Assembly (NCBI GenBank): GCA_905178155.1
Contig: CAJINV010000003.1
Coordinates: forward strand, 1,545,557-1,609,556
Reading direction: 5' to 3'
DNA length: 64,000 nucleotides
Source of the DNA: Amoebophrya sp. A120
Taxonomy: Eukaryota; Protista; Dinoflagellata
In this document: positions 34,901 to 46,625 of the stretch, piece by piece
How the letters are laid out: each line of letters begins with the position of its first letter
Position numbering within the stretch: the first letter of the stretch is position 1
Position numbers and translations under genes: made by a program
Notes under the pieces: generated by a model
What the model was told of the DNA's origin: nothing
The model's input: the letters and a program-made list of their open reading frames with translations, nothing else
Database searches by the model: none

Positions 34901-36801
34901 CCGCCATTCCGCTCGCAACGTCAAGTACGTCTACGGCTGTGCACGAAAACCGCGTCCACCACGAGACTGCGGCGACAATGGAGACAAATCCCCACCGACA
35001 TGCAAAAGGCAAAACGCACGAGGAAGTGCAAGGTAACAGGCCAACTAGCGGCCGACAGGCGGAGGTGCCTCCTGCTTCAAGAGAACTACTCGAGGACGAC
35101 CGAAAAGCATCTTTCTCGCGGTGGAGCTCTGTCGTGACGGATTTTCTCACGAATTACACGAGCATAGCTGCCGGGGCTGCACCCGCGACCTTGCATCAAG
35201 CTAGCGGACTTGCTTCGACTTCCACCGCGCACATCAACTGCACATCAACCGGCGTGAGAAGTAACACTGACGAGATGCAGGCGAAGCCGATTACCCAGAC
35301 CAACCCGAGGGGAAGAGAAGTGCCGGGCTCACCAGCTGACGAGAAAACGATTGTCGTTGAGCGCGGAAATCTATCCAAGGGCGCTGTTAACTACGCAAAA
35401 TTGGAGCAAAACAAAATCGAGCGCGAGCAGTTGCTGCGAGTGCGCCGCATCGAGGCAGCAGACAGGAGGCGTGCGGCTGCGGAGATTCGGTTGCAAAACA
35501 TGGAGGAAAAACGAGCACGGGTGAAAAAGCAGCTTGGAGCTACGAGATCGCGGTCTGAACAGAGAATTGCTGGAATGAAACTGACCAAATACGCTGAGCA
35601 GCTTGCCGAAGCGAAAAAAAACTACGCGAGCAGCAGTTCGAAAGCGACACAGGGGACGTCAAATCGCGAGCATGGGCAAAAATGGGAAATAACCGGTGAA
35701 GATGCGGAAAGTGCAGTTAGCTTCTCGACACCAGCGAAAATAATGGGAAGCATTGAAGATGCAAAGAAGGTAGATGAACACAGTACCTCGAAAAGCGACT
35801 TCTTCGCAACCCCGGAGGTGCGAGCGGTTGATACGTTGGAGGACCAAGAAGCGCAGCGGACCACGTCTTCCCATACGCGGTCTTTCCGAGGAGGCCGCAA
35901 CAGTACCAGCTGGTTGGATCAACAGAAGGAAACCAACAGTTATTGCTCCATCGATGAGGTATCTTCATCCGACTTAGACGTACGCCCCCGCACTGACAAG
36001 AGTACTAGCAGAACGATTTTGCCGATTTCTCCCGCTACTATCCTTCCGACACCAAGAAGTAGTGAGATGCAGACGCGTTTTCACAGCACAACTGAGCGAC
36101 ACTGTGGTTCCCGAGAGCTGCCTGAAGATCAGCGCAGCCGGCGCCAACTGTCGCCGGAAGTGAAGTTTCAAGGCGTGTTTGAACGAGTCGCGCGGAACCG
36201 CAAGAAGATGGACACCAGTCCGGAGAGGTATGATGCAGTGGAAATGGAGAGAAAAATTCGAGCCAGGTTGCAGACGAAATTTAGGCGGCGACAGCACTGG
36301 AGCAGGAAAAATCATGCACCTGGATCTCTACTAAGTTCAAAGTCCTCCACGAGCAGCAGCCCGCTTTCCGGCCTTTCTCTGTCCCCAGGCGAACTTCGCC
36401 GGCTTGCGCAGGTATCTCCGGGAAAGTTGGAGAGGATGCTGGACAAGAGTGGGGGACTTCCTCCTGAGCTAGCGCTGGTGCTGGCCGGCGTGGGAAAGAT
36501 AAGAAAACACGAGCTTGACATGGCGAATCACGATGAGGATGATTTTATTTTGCAAAGGGGGCACCGCAACGACGATCACGATACAGAGAAGCGTACTTTG
36601 CCCAGCGTCCTGTGCGATCTTGCGGAAGTAGAACCACAACGCCGTCAAGTGCTGCGAGGGGAACATCCAGGTACAGACGCGCAGCGCAAGAAGCACCGCG
36701 CCGAGCTGTCGCCTCTACATTTTAGCATCCAGCTCTGGAGTGATGACGAAGATGAGGGAGGGGACGTTGAGTCTCGAAAAGAAGAGGTAAGCCTAGATTG
36801 A
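31924..36801 (+). CDS. Large mostly disordered protein with N-terminal PDZ-like domain and a coiled coil (start uncertain)
   Basis: LGFEI...FVDKVKPYSFAASHGLRPADQLLHVNGVPV...RPLQLVF fits the PDZ pattern. Confidence 0.75.
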   Translation: MLEPEAQASRLNEIMRNGISSRSSTKESGKADSGLASTKGETNYIVHERWLLRTEVVVGRAVGADLGFEIVAQCQTASGEADRRKQAAAECWSFFVDKVKPYSFAASHGLRPADQLLHVNGVPVLDHLKKDGFLQEQSAATRGASGTPASKTSSGYSDFVSQLLQRTRPLQLVFHQFSLSREERRRRTRQLGLKSKFGLNIHEQASGSSPVQLQAANFRKPFYVLKGSGEPRKSLPVLGTASPPGVEQAEISLATGKRQTKTSVPSLRNRKISASFHTRSRFSVSRQSAANTSPVFLQDAPRSSGEARKDHVVAVKSPSTASESADVFALVSFEPKQREILVTAGPAEAVGRDEADVTTPTSNNGELLDAPTKLPSPRASCERSEGPQMVPETVEDYFQLSQFVPYCDLLQVRDSSTVDVPEKLQRPPQVEPENHDCTATSALQVLHSACLREKDHRFVQDEIDASSLHSSCVESSSLCLQENIAGLHTEKRETEKAGNSNPDENTSSPLQDKTEPSSPKPFLFYPDSAGEREDGAKEAESYDFLGMLESIFFKGSEILNPAIDEVVKPRQGGAQETVPPPPRDIAELQASDGTGSSEILRKNPSPDAERSRASGNFYSNYEAPQEHASTSSGQPEFSDGKVETTDSVDLANTSTSTTRRCKRKRARKSKVAENVKSVTSDLVAAASEPHYEVFGLEARDLYDQKSPRIFPATRPAMPMREVLCVSGSRSSPIASSACASAVLVPHETTVVTGRDLHADKVTTRLRAVQAEPEGEAVPFPYEDESIWKIPTPSPAQPPSFSPPPPRISETAIFFSPQPTSRAKANTRRAPPRDYAARSHEPTEEAPNKDAVEAEAPSRLQFTPSVTELLAGPQCEDRGNSTGNLDASSILVDVDRGCGDQEFLQEDVNYKTRTRDIHQPQYEDDWTCSMAEFCPIPATEVLASTPSFCADTATVALAKWIRDEESSNSSKDQHPAEPDEKDKNSFVVENTSHTAIPLATSSTSTAVHENRVHHETAATMETNPHRHAKGKTHEEVQGNRPTSGRQAEVPPASRELLEDDRKASFSRWSSVVTDFLTNYTSIAAGAAPATLHQASGLASTSTAHINCTSTGVRSNTDEMQAKPITQTNPRGREVPGSPADEKTIVVERGNLSKGAVNYAKLEQNKIEREQLLRVRRIEAADRRRAAAEIRLQNMEEKRARVKKQLGATRSRSEQRIAGMKLTKYAEQLAEAKKNYASSSSKATQGTSNREHGQKWEITGEDAESAVSFSTPAKIMGSIEDAKKVDEHSTSKSDFFATPEVRAVDTLEDQEAQRTTSSHTRSFRGGRNSTSWLDQQKETNSYCSIDEVSSSDLDVRPRTDKSTSRTILPISPATILPTPRSSEMQTRFHSTTERHCGSRELPEDQRSRRQLSPEVKFQGVFERVARNRKKMDTSPERYDAVEMERKIRARLQTKFRRRQHWSRKNHAPGSLLSSKSSTSSSPLSGLSLSPGELRRLAQVSPGKLERMLDKSGGLPPELALVLAGVGKIRKHELDMANHDEDDFILQRGHRNDDHDTEKRTLPSVLCDLAEVEPQRRQVLRGEHPGTDAQRKKHRAELSPLHFSIQLWSDDEDEGGDVESRKEEVSLD

Positions 36802-38922
36802 GAAACGACGCGCTCACTTAGACCTAGTAACCCTAGCTAGTGTATGATAGCAAGAAACAGGAACGTGAACAAGTAAGTGCCGGTACCTGGGAATACATAG
36901 TAGAATTGAAGTCTCAGTCTGCGCTTCCCGGCGGGGTGCAGATAAAATGAATGTAGGCACCAGCTTGCGTGCTCCCTGCACCAGACTGATGCGCCTAAAA
37001 TTTATTTTGGTGCGACGACGTTTGTAGCTGTTCTGCCTTGTTGCGCTTTTACGCTCTTTGGCTTTATATCACGGGGGGTTTCAAGTATGTAAACCTGTCT
37101 GTCATCAGATCGTAGCAAATAAGCACAAGTTCTTACGAGGAAAAACTGCTCGTCCTTGGAGTATGTGCTGAAGTTGACGAAAAAATAAAAATGTCAAGAA
37201 ACACGTAGGAGGAAAGAAACGTAGAACAACAAGTTGAATTAAGAAAACCTTTAGAGAGATGAGAAACACGACCCGTAGGTGTTTTCCAGGTGATCTAGAC
37301 CATGATGTTCGGATCATGATGTTCAGAAATTACGCAAGAAACCATTGATTGGCGTTTATCGTTTGCACCGACCTGCTCTACTGACAAATTCCATTAGATC
37401 CTTGTCAAGCCACTACTAATGTAGTATCTATGCATTCACCGCCTTCAATATATACCTTTTTTGTATCTTCAAGGTGAAGGTGAAAACAAGTTGAAACTGT
37501 AATTGTGGATCTCCTGCAAGGCCGATCTGATCGTTAACAAGGAGATTTGCAGGTGCGCTAAGTACTAGTCTTCGTCTTGCACTTGTTCTCTAGCACGAGC
37601 ACCGTCCAGTTCCTGTATCAAGGATCTAGTATCAGCAAGCATGACTTATTCTGCGAATCTGCAGCACATCATTGTCTTTCCATTTTTTCACAGGGCGTCA
37701 TTGGAGCGATAGAGCGATGTGTTTGATTAAACCCCTATTTGACGATGGAAATGAGTTTCGCGATATTTGTTCTACCCGACCTCTTTACTAAGTACCATGT
37801 TTTCACGCGATACCAAATACCAATTTAGCGACCAAGGAGTTGAAGACGCACTTCTGACTCTACTGGTATCCTGCGCACAAGAACTTGAATCTACCTTCGA
37901 CAATCCACGAAAAAATGTGAAGAACCATGATTAAATACGAGTGTCCTTCCGCAACGAACTTGACCCCCATCTAGATAGCGCATCATTTTCTTCTCTCTTA
38001 CTCTCCCTCATACTCGACAGTACAAACTCAAACATAGACAGGCCAAGGGAAGTAGGAGAGGAAGACCGACCTGTGATAAACGGCCTTTGTTCCGGACAGT
38101 TTGACCACATCGACTCCAACATCTCAATCTAACTGTAGGATTGTGCTTTTCGGGGTCATACCGATTCTTGAATGTCACTCATTGGAAAGAGTTGTATCTC
38201 CAAGTACTGGTGAGGAGCTACTACTTTGTATATGAGAAAACTTTTGATGACAACATCAACAGATGGATGGGCCTCGAAGCAACACCGATCCTGAGAGCCG
38301 GCCACGCGCACAGCCATTACTTCTACCTGGTGGAACTACATGGGCGACGTTGTCTTGCGTACCCCGGCGACAAGCCGCCGCCTGTTAGAACATTGTTGAA
38401 GGCAAGAAGACCACGGGCCTCCACCACGACCTTGCCTTCCCTTCTACTCAACCTGTGAGGACTTCTCGTGGCCAAGAAGCTCAACAACTGCAGTACAGGA
38501 AATCGCGTCGCAGCACCGTCTCTCAACATCAAAACAGCAAGAACAGCGACACAACAAGCAAGCACCGATCGCACGACGCGAGAGGACGCAGTGGTAATTT
38601 ACTTGCTAAACAAGGTCAGAAAGTAGACATCCCCCATCATCTGTTGCCTCAAACGCGCGCCGGCGACTTGAACCTCAGTGTGGTCGAAGAACTTCCAGGC
38701 GCATCGGTCGGATCACCACACCCGCCGTGCTGTCCTGTCGTAGTCTTTGATCCGTTCGGGTCGGAGGTTTCCACCTGCGCGAGAGCTGCAGTAGGGTACT
38801 GTACACTGATTGTTTGTTTTGTGATCGATCTTCATCCTCGCGCCAGAGAAGTACCTACAGCTTTGTTAAGAGTCTATAGACTAAACTTCTAGTTGTATAG
38901 CTCTTTTCAAAGAATTTCCCTG

Positions 38923-41900
38923 ATGGCAGACCGCTCGCGATCCCGTAAGCGCGACCGGAGTCGGGGGCGGCGCGGAGACCGCAGCCGCAGGCGGGACCGA
39001 GACCGCGACAACAAAGACAAAAAAGACCGGGATCGCGAAAGACGGGGGGACGACAAAGACAAGAAGTCTTCGACGCCAGGAAATGCCGCTGCCGTGCCCG
39101 AGAATGCTCAGTCAACAGGTGTCCTCACCCAGTCAACCACTGCCGCCACGGCAGGGGCAGCGAGCGCGTTGCCGGTTAATAATTCCTCTGACAACAAGGC
39201 GGGTGGTGCAGCAGCCGCATCAGCCACAGGTACGAAGGCTGATGCTAGCTCATCTCCCGCAGATGAGGACCAGCACCTCGCGAACGGGAAGGCGTCTGCG
39301 TCCAAAAGCAGCAACGAGGAAGACGCCAAAAAGGACCACGACAAGAAGGACCGGAGTCGGGAACGAAAAGACCGGAAGCGCAGCCGGGATCGAGACCGCA
39401 AGCGCAGTCGCGACCGGGAGCGTGAACGCCGACGCGACAAGGACCGGGATCGGGAGCGACAGACGAAGAAGCGAAAAACCGAGGACGACGACAAGAAGGA
39501 CCACAAGCCGACAACGTCGTCCACCCTACCCTCCAGCGTGCGACCCAAAACGAAGAACGAGGAGCTGATGGCGAAGCTGCGGGCGAAGCAGGCGGCCGCG
39601 GCCCAAAAAGAGACCCCGCTCAGCAGTCCGGGTACGCCCCTCGAGGGGGGCGCAGGAGTGGCAAGCAGCGCAGCGGAGCAGGAGGACGACGACCTACTTC
39701 AGTTCGTGAACGAGATGCTGGAGCAAGAAAAAAAGCAGGAACGGGAAACGAAGATCGTGGAACTGCCCTCCTCCAGCACGGCCGACGCCGCGAAAGTGAT
39801 CACGATGGAGGACATTTTGGCAGGCGACTTCTCCAAGTACGACGAGCTGTACCTGAACACCACGAAGAAGAAGTCCGATGATGTTGAGCCTAAGGTAAAA
39901 ACTGATTCATCATCGCCTACTAGCCTTAAAACTTCTGGCGCCCAGGATGGCGTAGTTGTTGTACAAGAACCTCCCAAAGAACTACCTCCTGCTGGCACGA
40001 CAAGAACATCTGCGAACAATGATGAAACTTCAAAAGCACCAACGGCGGCCGCGCAGCCTTCATCTGGTGCCACGACAGACGCTGGTGGGGCCGCTCCTAT
40101 TCCGGACACGAATAAGACTGCACCTGGTGCCAGTGCGGAATCTGGTGATGTGCCCCAGTCTACTTCCGAACCCCCGGTAGGAAACCCAGCAGCAAAGGAA
40201 GCGAAAGCAGAGGGCGAAGTTGCAAACAAGCCCCCTTCATCAACAGGCGACAGCGCCGTGAGCAAAGACCTCGTCCCACTAAGTCAGAAACTCTCTGAGG
40301 CACAGAGAGCAATCGAAAAAGCCGTCTCCGGGTCCTTTGACGAAAAGGACGTTGCGGTAGCAGGTGCAGGAGCATCCTCATCAAGTAAACCCGCTGACGT
40401 TTCAGCAGAGGCCGGTAACACTAAAGCCAAAGAAACACCAGAAGCAGTTACCGGTGCGGTGAGCAAGGCTTCCTCGCCACTTGTCGCTGCCACTACGAAA
40501 CCTCCACCCCCGCCTACACCAAAACCAATCGTGATCGACCCAGAAATCAAGATTGTAGTCCAAAAAACCGTCGCCGAAGACCGCAAGGAGGAGAAGGAGG
40601 CCAAAGACTTTATGGCCGAGATGGCGAAGTTTCTGGAGAAGAAAAATGTGAGCGCAGCGTCGGTGGACCCGAATTTGCATACCATCCAGGAAGGAAAGCG
40701 CGGGGCGTACATCGAACAGGACGAGGAACTCCAGGAGGACGAGGACGAGGTGGCTGCAGCAGTCAAAGAGGCCGAGCGGCAGTACAACGAGGAACAGGAG
40801 GAGAAACGCAAACTGATAGAGCAGCAGATGCGCATGCCTCTCGCGTACCAGGAGTCCGCCATCGTGGGCCCGCTGCCGCCCACGGCGGAGGAGCTGGCCG
40901 AGATGAAGGAGAAAAAGGAGAAAAAGTTCAACCACGGGGGACAGGCGCAAGTGGTGAACCCCAACAAAATCAACCCCACGGACATCATCGGCAAGTCTTA
41001 CGAAGAGCTGCAGAAAATCTTCACCGCGCGGAAGGAGCTCCCCCGCGTGGACCACAACAAGATCGAGTACCTGAAGTTCGAAAAGGACTTGTACCGCCCC
41101 GTGGCCGAGGTGGTTGCACTGCAGCCACACGAGATCGAGAATCTGCGCAAGGTGCACAACGACATAAAACTCGCGGGCAAGCCGCCGCACCCAGCCCCGG
41201 TGACTACCTTTTACCAGTGCGGCTTTTCCCAGGAGGTACTACAGTTTTTGGAGCGACAAGACATCGAAATGCCGTTTCCCATCCAAATGCAGGCACTGCC
41301 CTGTCTGCTATCCGGCCGGGACGTCATCGCCATCGCCCCTACCGGGAGCGGAAAAACGCTGGCATACATGCTCCCGATGCTCAAGCACATTCAGGCGCAG
41401 CCACCGATCAAATTCGGTGTCGAAGGCCCCATCGGCCTCATTCTCGCCCCCACAAGAGAACTCGCACACCAGATCGTGATTCAGGTACTCAATTACGTAC
41501 TGCTTGTTACATTTTAAGTCCCCAACACCATTCCAAGGTCTTCTATATTCCACGATTGGGATTGATTCCACGGGTTTTACAATAAGATGAAGATGCGTCT
41601 ATCTACAACTCGTAACGACCCCCAACACATGTAAATACAAAATCACAACATCAGGCGAAGAAGGTGTGCGTTCCGGTGAACGTGACCGTGATAGGTGCGA
41701 TCGGTGGTCAGCCGCTCGGCGGGCAACTGTCCGCGTTGCGGCGCGGCTGCGATTTGATCATCGGAACCCCGGGGCGCATGGTCGACGTATTTTCGCTGTC
41801 CAACGGGAACATCACGAACTTGAAGCGGGTGTCCTTCGTTGTCATCGACGAAGCGGATCGCATGTTGGATCAGGGTTTCGGGCCGCAAATTCAGGACTTT

Positions 41901-44900
41901 CTGAACAAGACCCAGCCGAAGAAGCAGCTTTGCATGTTCAGCGCGACCTTTCCGCAGCAAGTGCAGGCGATTGCGAAGAAGTATTTGAAGAAGCCGCTGC
42001 AAATCAAGATCGGCACCGAGGGCGCGGCAGTGGACCGAATCAAGCAAACGGTGGAAATCGTGATGCCGGACAAGAAACTCTTCTCTCTCCTCCGGCTGCT
42101 CGGCCAGTGGGCGCAACACGCATCTATCATCGTCTTCGTCCGCGAACGGAAGGACGCCGAGGCGTTGTTCGCCAAACTGTTGGAGTATCATTACCCCTGC
42201 CTGTTGCTGCACGGCGGTGTCAGCCAGGAAGACCGTGCGTGCGTCATTAAGGACTTTCGCCTCGGCCAAAAGGATCTCGACGCCAAGGCAAATATCCTGC
42301 TGGCGACCGGTGTTGCGGCCCGTGGCCTCGACACCGCTTGCAAATGCGTCATCAACTTTACGGTACTATGTTTTTTCACGCATTTGAAGATCTGGTTTTG
42401 GATTTTTTCCTTTTTGCTTTTCGGATCAGCTGCTTGGTCGTGGTATGCGATACCGATTGCGAAGATGTGAGCTGCACCTCCATCCCTTGCTTGTCGCACT
42501 GTGCTCGCCCAGTTCAGTCGTGTCTGAGAATAGTCTCGTGTTAAGATGATGACTCCTTGATGTACAACGAACTACTCAATATGAAATGAAAACCCCACCA
42601 GGTCCCCAACACGCGGGAGGATTACGTGCAGCAGATAGGGCGCACCGGACGAGCGGGGGCTCGGGGTTGTGCGTACACGTTTCTGGAACCCCGACAGATG
42701 GACAAGGCCCAGATGCTGATTGACGTGTTGAAGTCGTCGAATCAGGTGGTGGACGCCCGGTTGCAGGAGTTGGCGAACTCGTACCAAATGCAGGTGAACA
42801 GCGGCCAGGTAGAACAGGTGAAACAGCACTCCGGGTACGGTGGGCGCGGCTTCAACTTCTCCAAAAAGGAGAAGGGCCAGGAGCAGGCGCGCATGGCCGA
42901 GTACAAAGAGCGGGAGGGCATTGTCGACGACAACATCCGGCGGCAGAAGGAGTTCAAGGAAGGAATCGGCGCGATACACGACGACGACAAGGAACTCGAG
43001 CCGGTGGTGACAGGCCCAGAAACCGCCGCAAGTGGTACCTTTGTCTCCCCTATGGAGTGTAAAAATGTCTGGGTCTGGAAGATTCTGAGATTTGTCATGC
43101 ATGTTTTGCATGACCCAGGAGGTCTGTAATGCACGACCGCGCATCACAGATTTTGAGAGGGCTTCCTGATGCCTACTCCGCATGACAAACGCCCTCCCCG
43201 CGTAGCACAAACTAGACTCCTCTGCTGGTCATGCAATACAGATTTTTCTAGAGTCCAAAGTTAGCATCACAAGTGCCAATCTTCCAGACCCAGACACTTT
43301 TACACCTGATATCCCCCGTGCTCGGCGGGACCGCACAGACAGAAACGACGACACCAGCAGCAGCATATCAAATGTAAAAATGTCCGGGTCTGGAAGAATG
43401 TAACTTGTGATGCGCATTTCAGAACACAGAAAAATCTCTCATGCATAGGCAGCAAAAGCTGCCCAGTTTCTGTCACCAAAATGGGGGATTTGTTATGCGG
43501 ATTTGGCATTGCGGAAGCTTCTCGAAACCTGTGATGCTAGAGCTTCCATGCCAGACCTTCTGTGTCATGCAAAAATAGCATGACTCTTCCAGACCCAGAC
43601 ATTTTTACATTTGATACAGCAGGGGCTGAAACCACTCCGGCTGAGCAGTCTTCTGCAGCAGACGGCGATGAAATAAACGACGAGGAGGGAACTGCTGGGA
43701 CGACCAAGGCCAAGAAAAAGCCGTTCATCAGCAAGAAGGACCTGATTCCCTCTCCAGTGACTAATGAGGGGCCGATGGCTCTGTTCCTGAAAGCGAAGGC
43801 CGAAAAGGAAAAGGCGGCGCAGAACAAGGTGAAGCAAGACAAGGCGAAGGAAGCGACCGAGAGAGCGCAGCAGGCCTTGAAAAAAAAGATGATCGAAGAG
43901 AGGCAGGTCATCTTCACCGGCGGCATGGACGCGGACGCGAAAAAAGCCGCGAAAAACCCACCTCCGGTGTCCGTACCGAAGTCCGGCTCGCCCGTCTCCG
44001 AGTCAGCAAAAGACGACGCCGCTGCTCCGGCCGGGGGGGTGGAACAAGCCGCAAAGGCGAAGGCACCGCCCCCCGCCCCGAAGGCCGCGACGGTTGTGAA
44101 GGAGGAACTCACCGAAGAGGAGATCAAGGAGTGCGAGGAGGAGGCACAGCAGAAGGCCGAAAAGATCGTCGCGGTGCTGAAGCTCACAGACGAGGCGAAG
44201 AAGGAGAAGATGCTGAAGGAGAAGTACGACCACGCCCTCAAGATCGCGCTGGAGGCGAAGAAGAAAAAGAAGCTGAAATTCATCGCCCCCGCCGGCCAGA
44301 AGCCCAAGGGCCCGCCCCCCAAAGCCAAGCCCACCGCGATGCAGGCGGGAGGCGCCTTCTTCGTGCCCGCCGGGCAGCAGGAGCTCCAGGGTGCGGTGGC
44401 GAGCAAGGCCAAGGTGCCGATTCTTGCCGGTTGGAACACGCTGGTCGGGGCGGTGCCGGTAGCGGGCACCACCAAAATGATCGAGACCTGCAAAGACGGC
44501 ACGCTACGCATTGCAAATGGTTGAATCCGGGTCTGGAAAAATGACAAATAGAAATTTCTTATTGCAGACTCCAACTCATGAAAGTTAAAGTTGTGACACT
44601 TTTTGAGAGCAGACGTTGTGATGTGTATAGTTGTGCAAGAAGAGACACGTATTGGCATTAATACATGCAACTGAGTGGCTTCATGCACATTGGCATTTTT
44701 CCGCAACAGGAGCAGCACCATTTGCATGTGCGAGCTAAAACAAGTCGTCTAAACTAGCCAGTATGTAGTATGAGAAGCCTTGCAAGTAGAATTTTCTCAC
44801 GAAGACCTGGATCGACGATGTTTGCACTCGATAGCCGCTGATCCACTACGACTCGTTGGAGATCAACATGTACCCCGAATTTGCGCGGCGCGAGATCAGT

Positions 44901-45185
44901 CGGCGCGAGCTGAAGGAGAACATCGAGGAGATGACCGGGTGCAAGCTGCTGGTGAAGGGGCGGTATTTCCCGCCGGACGAGCCCAACCCGGGCAACGAGC
45001 GAAGGTTGTACGTGGAAATTTCCGGGCCGACCACCTCCGCGGTGGCAACCGGGAAAAAAACGGTGCGGGACACCATGGAGGAGAACGCCAAGCGCACGCT
45101 CAACTTGGGCCACCACGCCCACATGATTCTGGGCAACATGGGCCGCCGGTACGATCCCAGAACCGGCACTTTCACCGACAAATAA
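38923..45185 (+). CDS. PRP5: Spliceosomal DEAD-box helicase Prp5/DDX46; GT-AG introns 41485-41654 and 42363-42601 plus 3 introners
   Basis: RD/RS-rich N-terminus; APTGSGKT, PTRELA, TPGR, DEAD, SAT, ARGLD, GRTGRAG; GYGGRGF; C-terminal LEINMYPEFARR...KGRYFPP...LYVEISG. Confidence 0.88.
43051..43311. mobile_element. Introner/MITE family A, 261 bp, direct repeat TCCCC
   Basis: Closely similar to 11088-11352 in the same orientation; removal gives FVSPVLGG. Confidence 0.95.
43366..43616. mobile_element. Introner/MITE with A-type TIR, 251 bp, direct repeat CAGCA
   Basis: tatcaaatgtaaaaatgtc(c/t)gggtctggaag TIR; removal gives PAAAGAETT. Confidence 0.95.
44505..44833. mobile_element. Older introner, 329 bp, degenerate repeat CACGC/GCCGC
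   Basis: Decayed A-type TIR; removal of element + 5 nt gives KDGTLIHYDSLEIN in frame. Confidence 0.8.
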
Positions 45186-46625
45186 AGAGTGTGAATACGA
45201 TTTCTTTCTTCGGCCACGACAGGAGAACAGCTCTGCGAGTGTTCTTTTTATTTCTCCCACCAGCGCAAGGAAGTCGAAGTCCTGCTCGGCTACGAGTAAG
45301 TACATGCGTCTGGGTCTGATGAGGTTCTATGTTGTACTTTGCTGCCTTTGATGCAACTCGTCAAGAGTACTGCTACTGGAAGGCAACAAGTATACGTAGA
45401 CCGGGAATGATCGCGACTAACGACCACGACGACCCGAGGGAGAACTTGATGTTTCGACCACATTGAAGATGAACGAAAACCCCACAGAGCAGAAACGAAA
45501 AACGTAGTTCAGTTGGTATCACTTGTTCCTCTTTTTTCAAAGCTGGGACAGCTTTTCAAACTCTGTACGACCCCGTCTTGCCGTAAGCAGCACCTGAAAT
45601 TTTTATCGGTACTCTTTTGTACTATCCTGTCGCACAGCCCGCGGAAAAGTCAATTTGTACCAGCGTGAAAGAAACTTTATACAAAATGTACATGTTGTAG
45701 TTAGTAATAGTATGCATCAACTACACAACGAATGAGAATTGTGGTTCGCGCATACTATGGATCTCGAAGAAAAGCTGTTTCACGCTTGTGTTCGTAGTTC
45801 ACGAATAGTCCATACTCAGAATAGATTACGTACATGCAGCAGCAACAAACCGCGACAAAAACAGGCACAGCACACTACCTTTTTTTTTCCACCGAAATGA
45901 CGATCCGCCACTGCCTGATCGGTGATGTTCCCTTCTCAATGAGATAATAGTAGCAAAGTGAGCTCCAGAGTTACAGATTCTTTCTCGGTCTCAATGACGG
46001 TCAGTTGGAGCTTTTGAATCCACGCCGGATCTTTTTAACGTGTTATTGAAATTTTATGTGGATCTTTTCGTTTGCATTAGCATTTCCCTTTTTCGTTTTC
46101 TTTCGTCGTTCACGTTCTGTATGTGAAACGCCAACGAAGAACAGCGAATCCTATTTAGCTTTGCCACTGTGTGTCAGGTATCAAGCATTTAGCATCGGTT
46201 CCTCAACTAAAGACTTTTTTTATTTGGTTCTGTGACTTCGAGCACCTCCTTTACAAATCTTCATTTTTCTAAAGGTGTGGCCTTTTTCAAGATATCGACC
46301 TCGGGATTACAAGTATAACGTACGAACACGAAGGAACGAATTCTATATTTTTGTATCTATAATTTTTGGAAGCAACAGCAAAGCAATCGATGGCACTCCC
46401 GTCGTAATCATTCTTCTGGCCCTCCCAGTGAAACAAAACGAAAAAGCTCCAGCATTTCCGAAACACCAAGCAATACCTCCCGTCCCGGTCTTCAAAGGAA
46501 GACCTTCCCTTCGTCAGAAGGACATCAGCATCACGTGAAGATCAACATTTCACTGCTGCTGGTTTGGGTCTGTTCACTGCTGCTGCTGGTTTGGGTCTTT
46601 CGGGACACGAACAAGACGGACCATC

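Noticed and set aside
41481-41655. TCAGG direct repeat around a helicase intron as an introner target duplication
   Set aside because: Explained by the ordinary CAG|G splice consensus; no TIR
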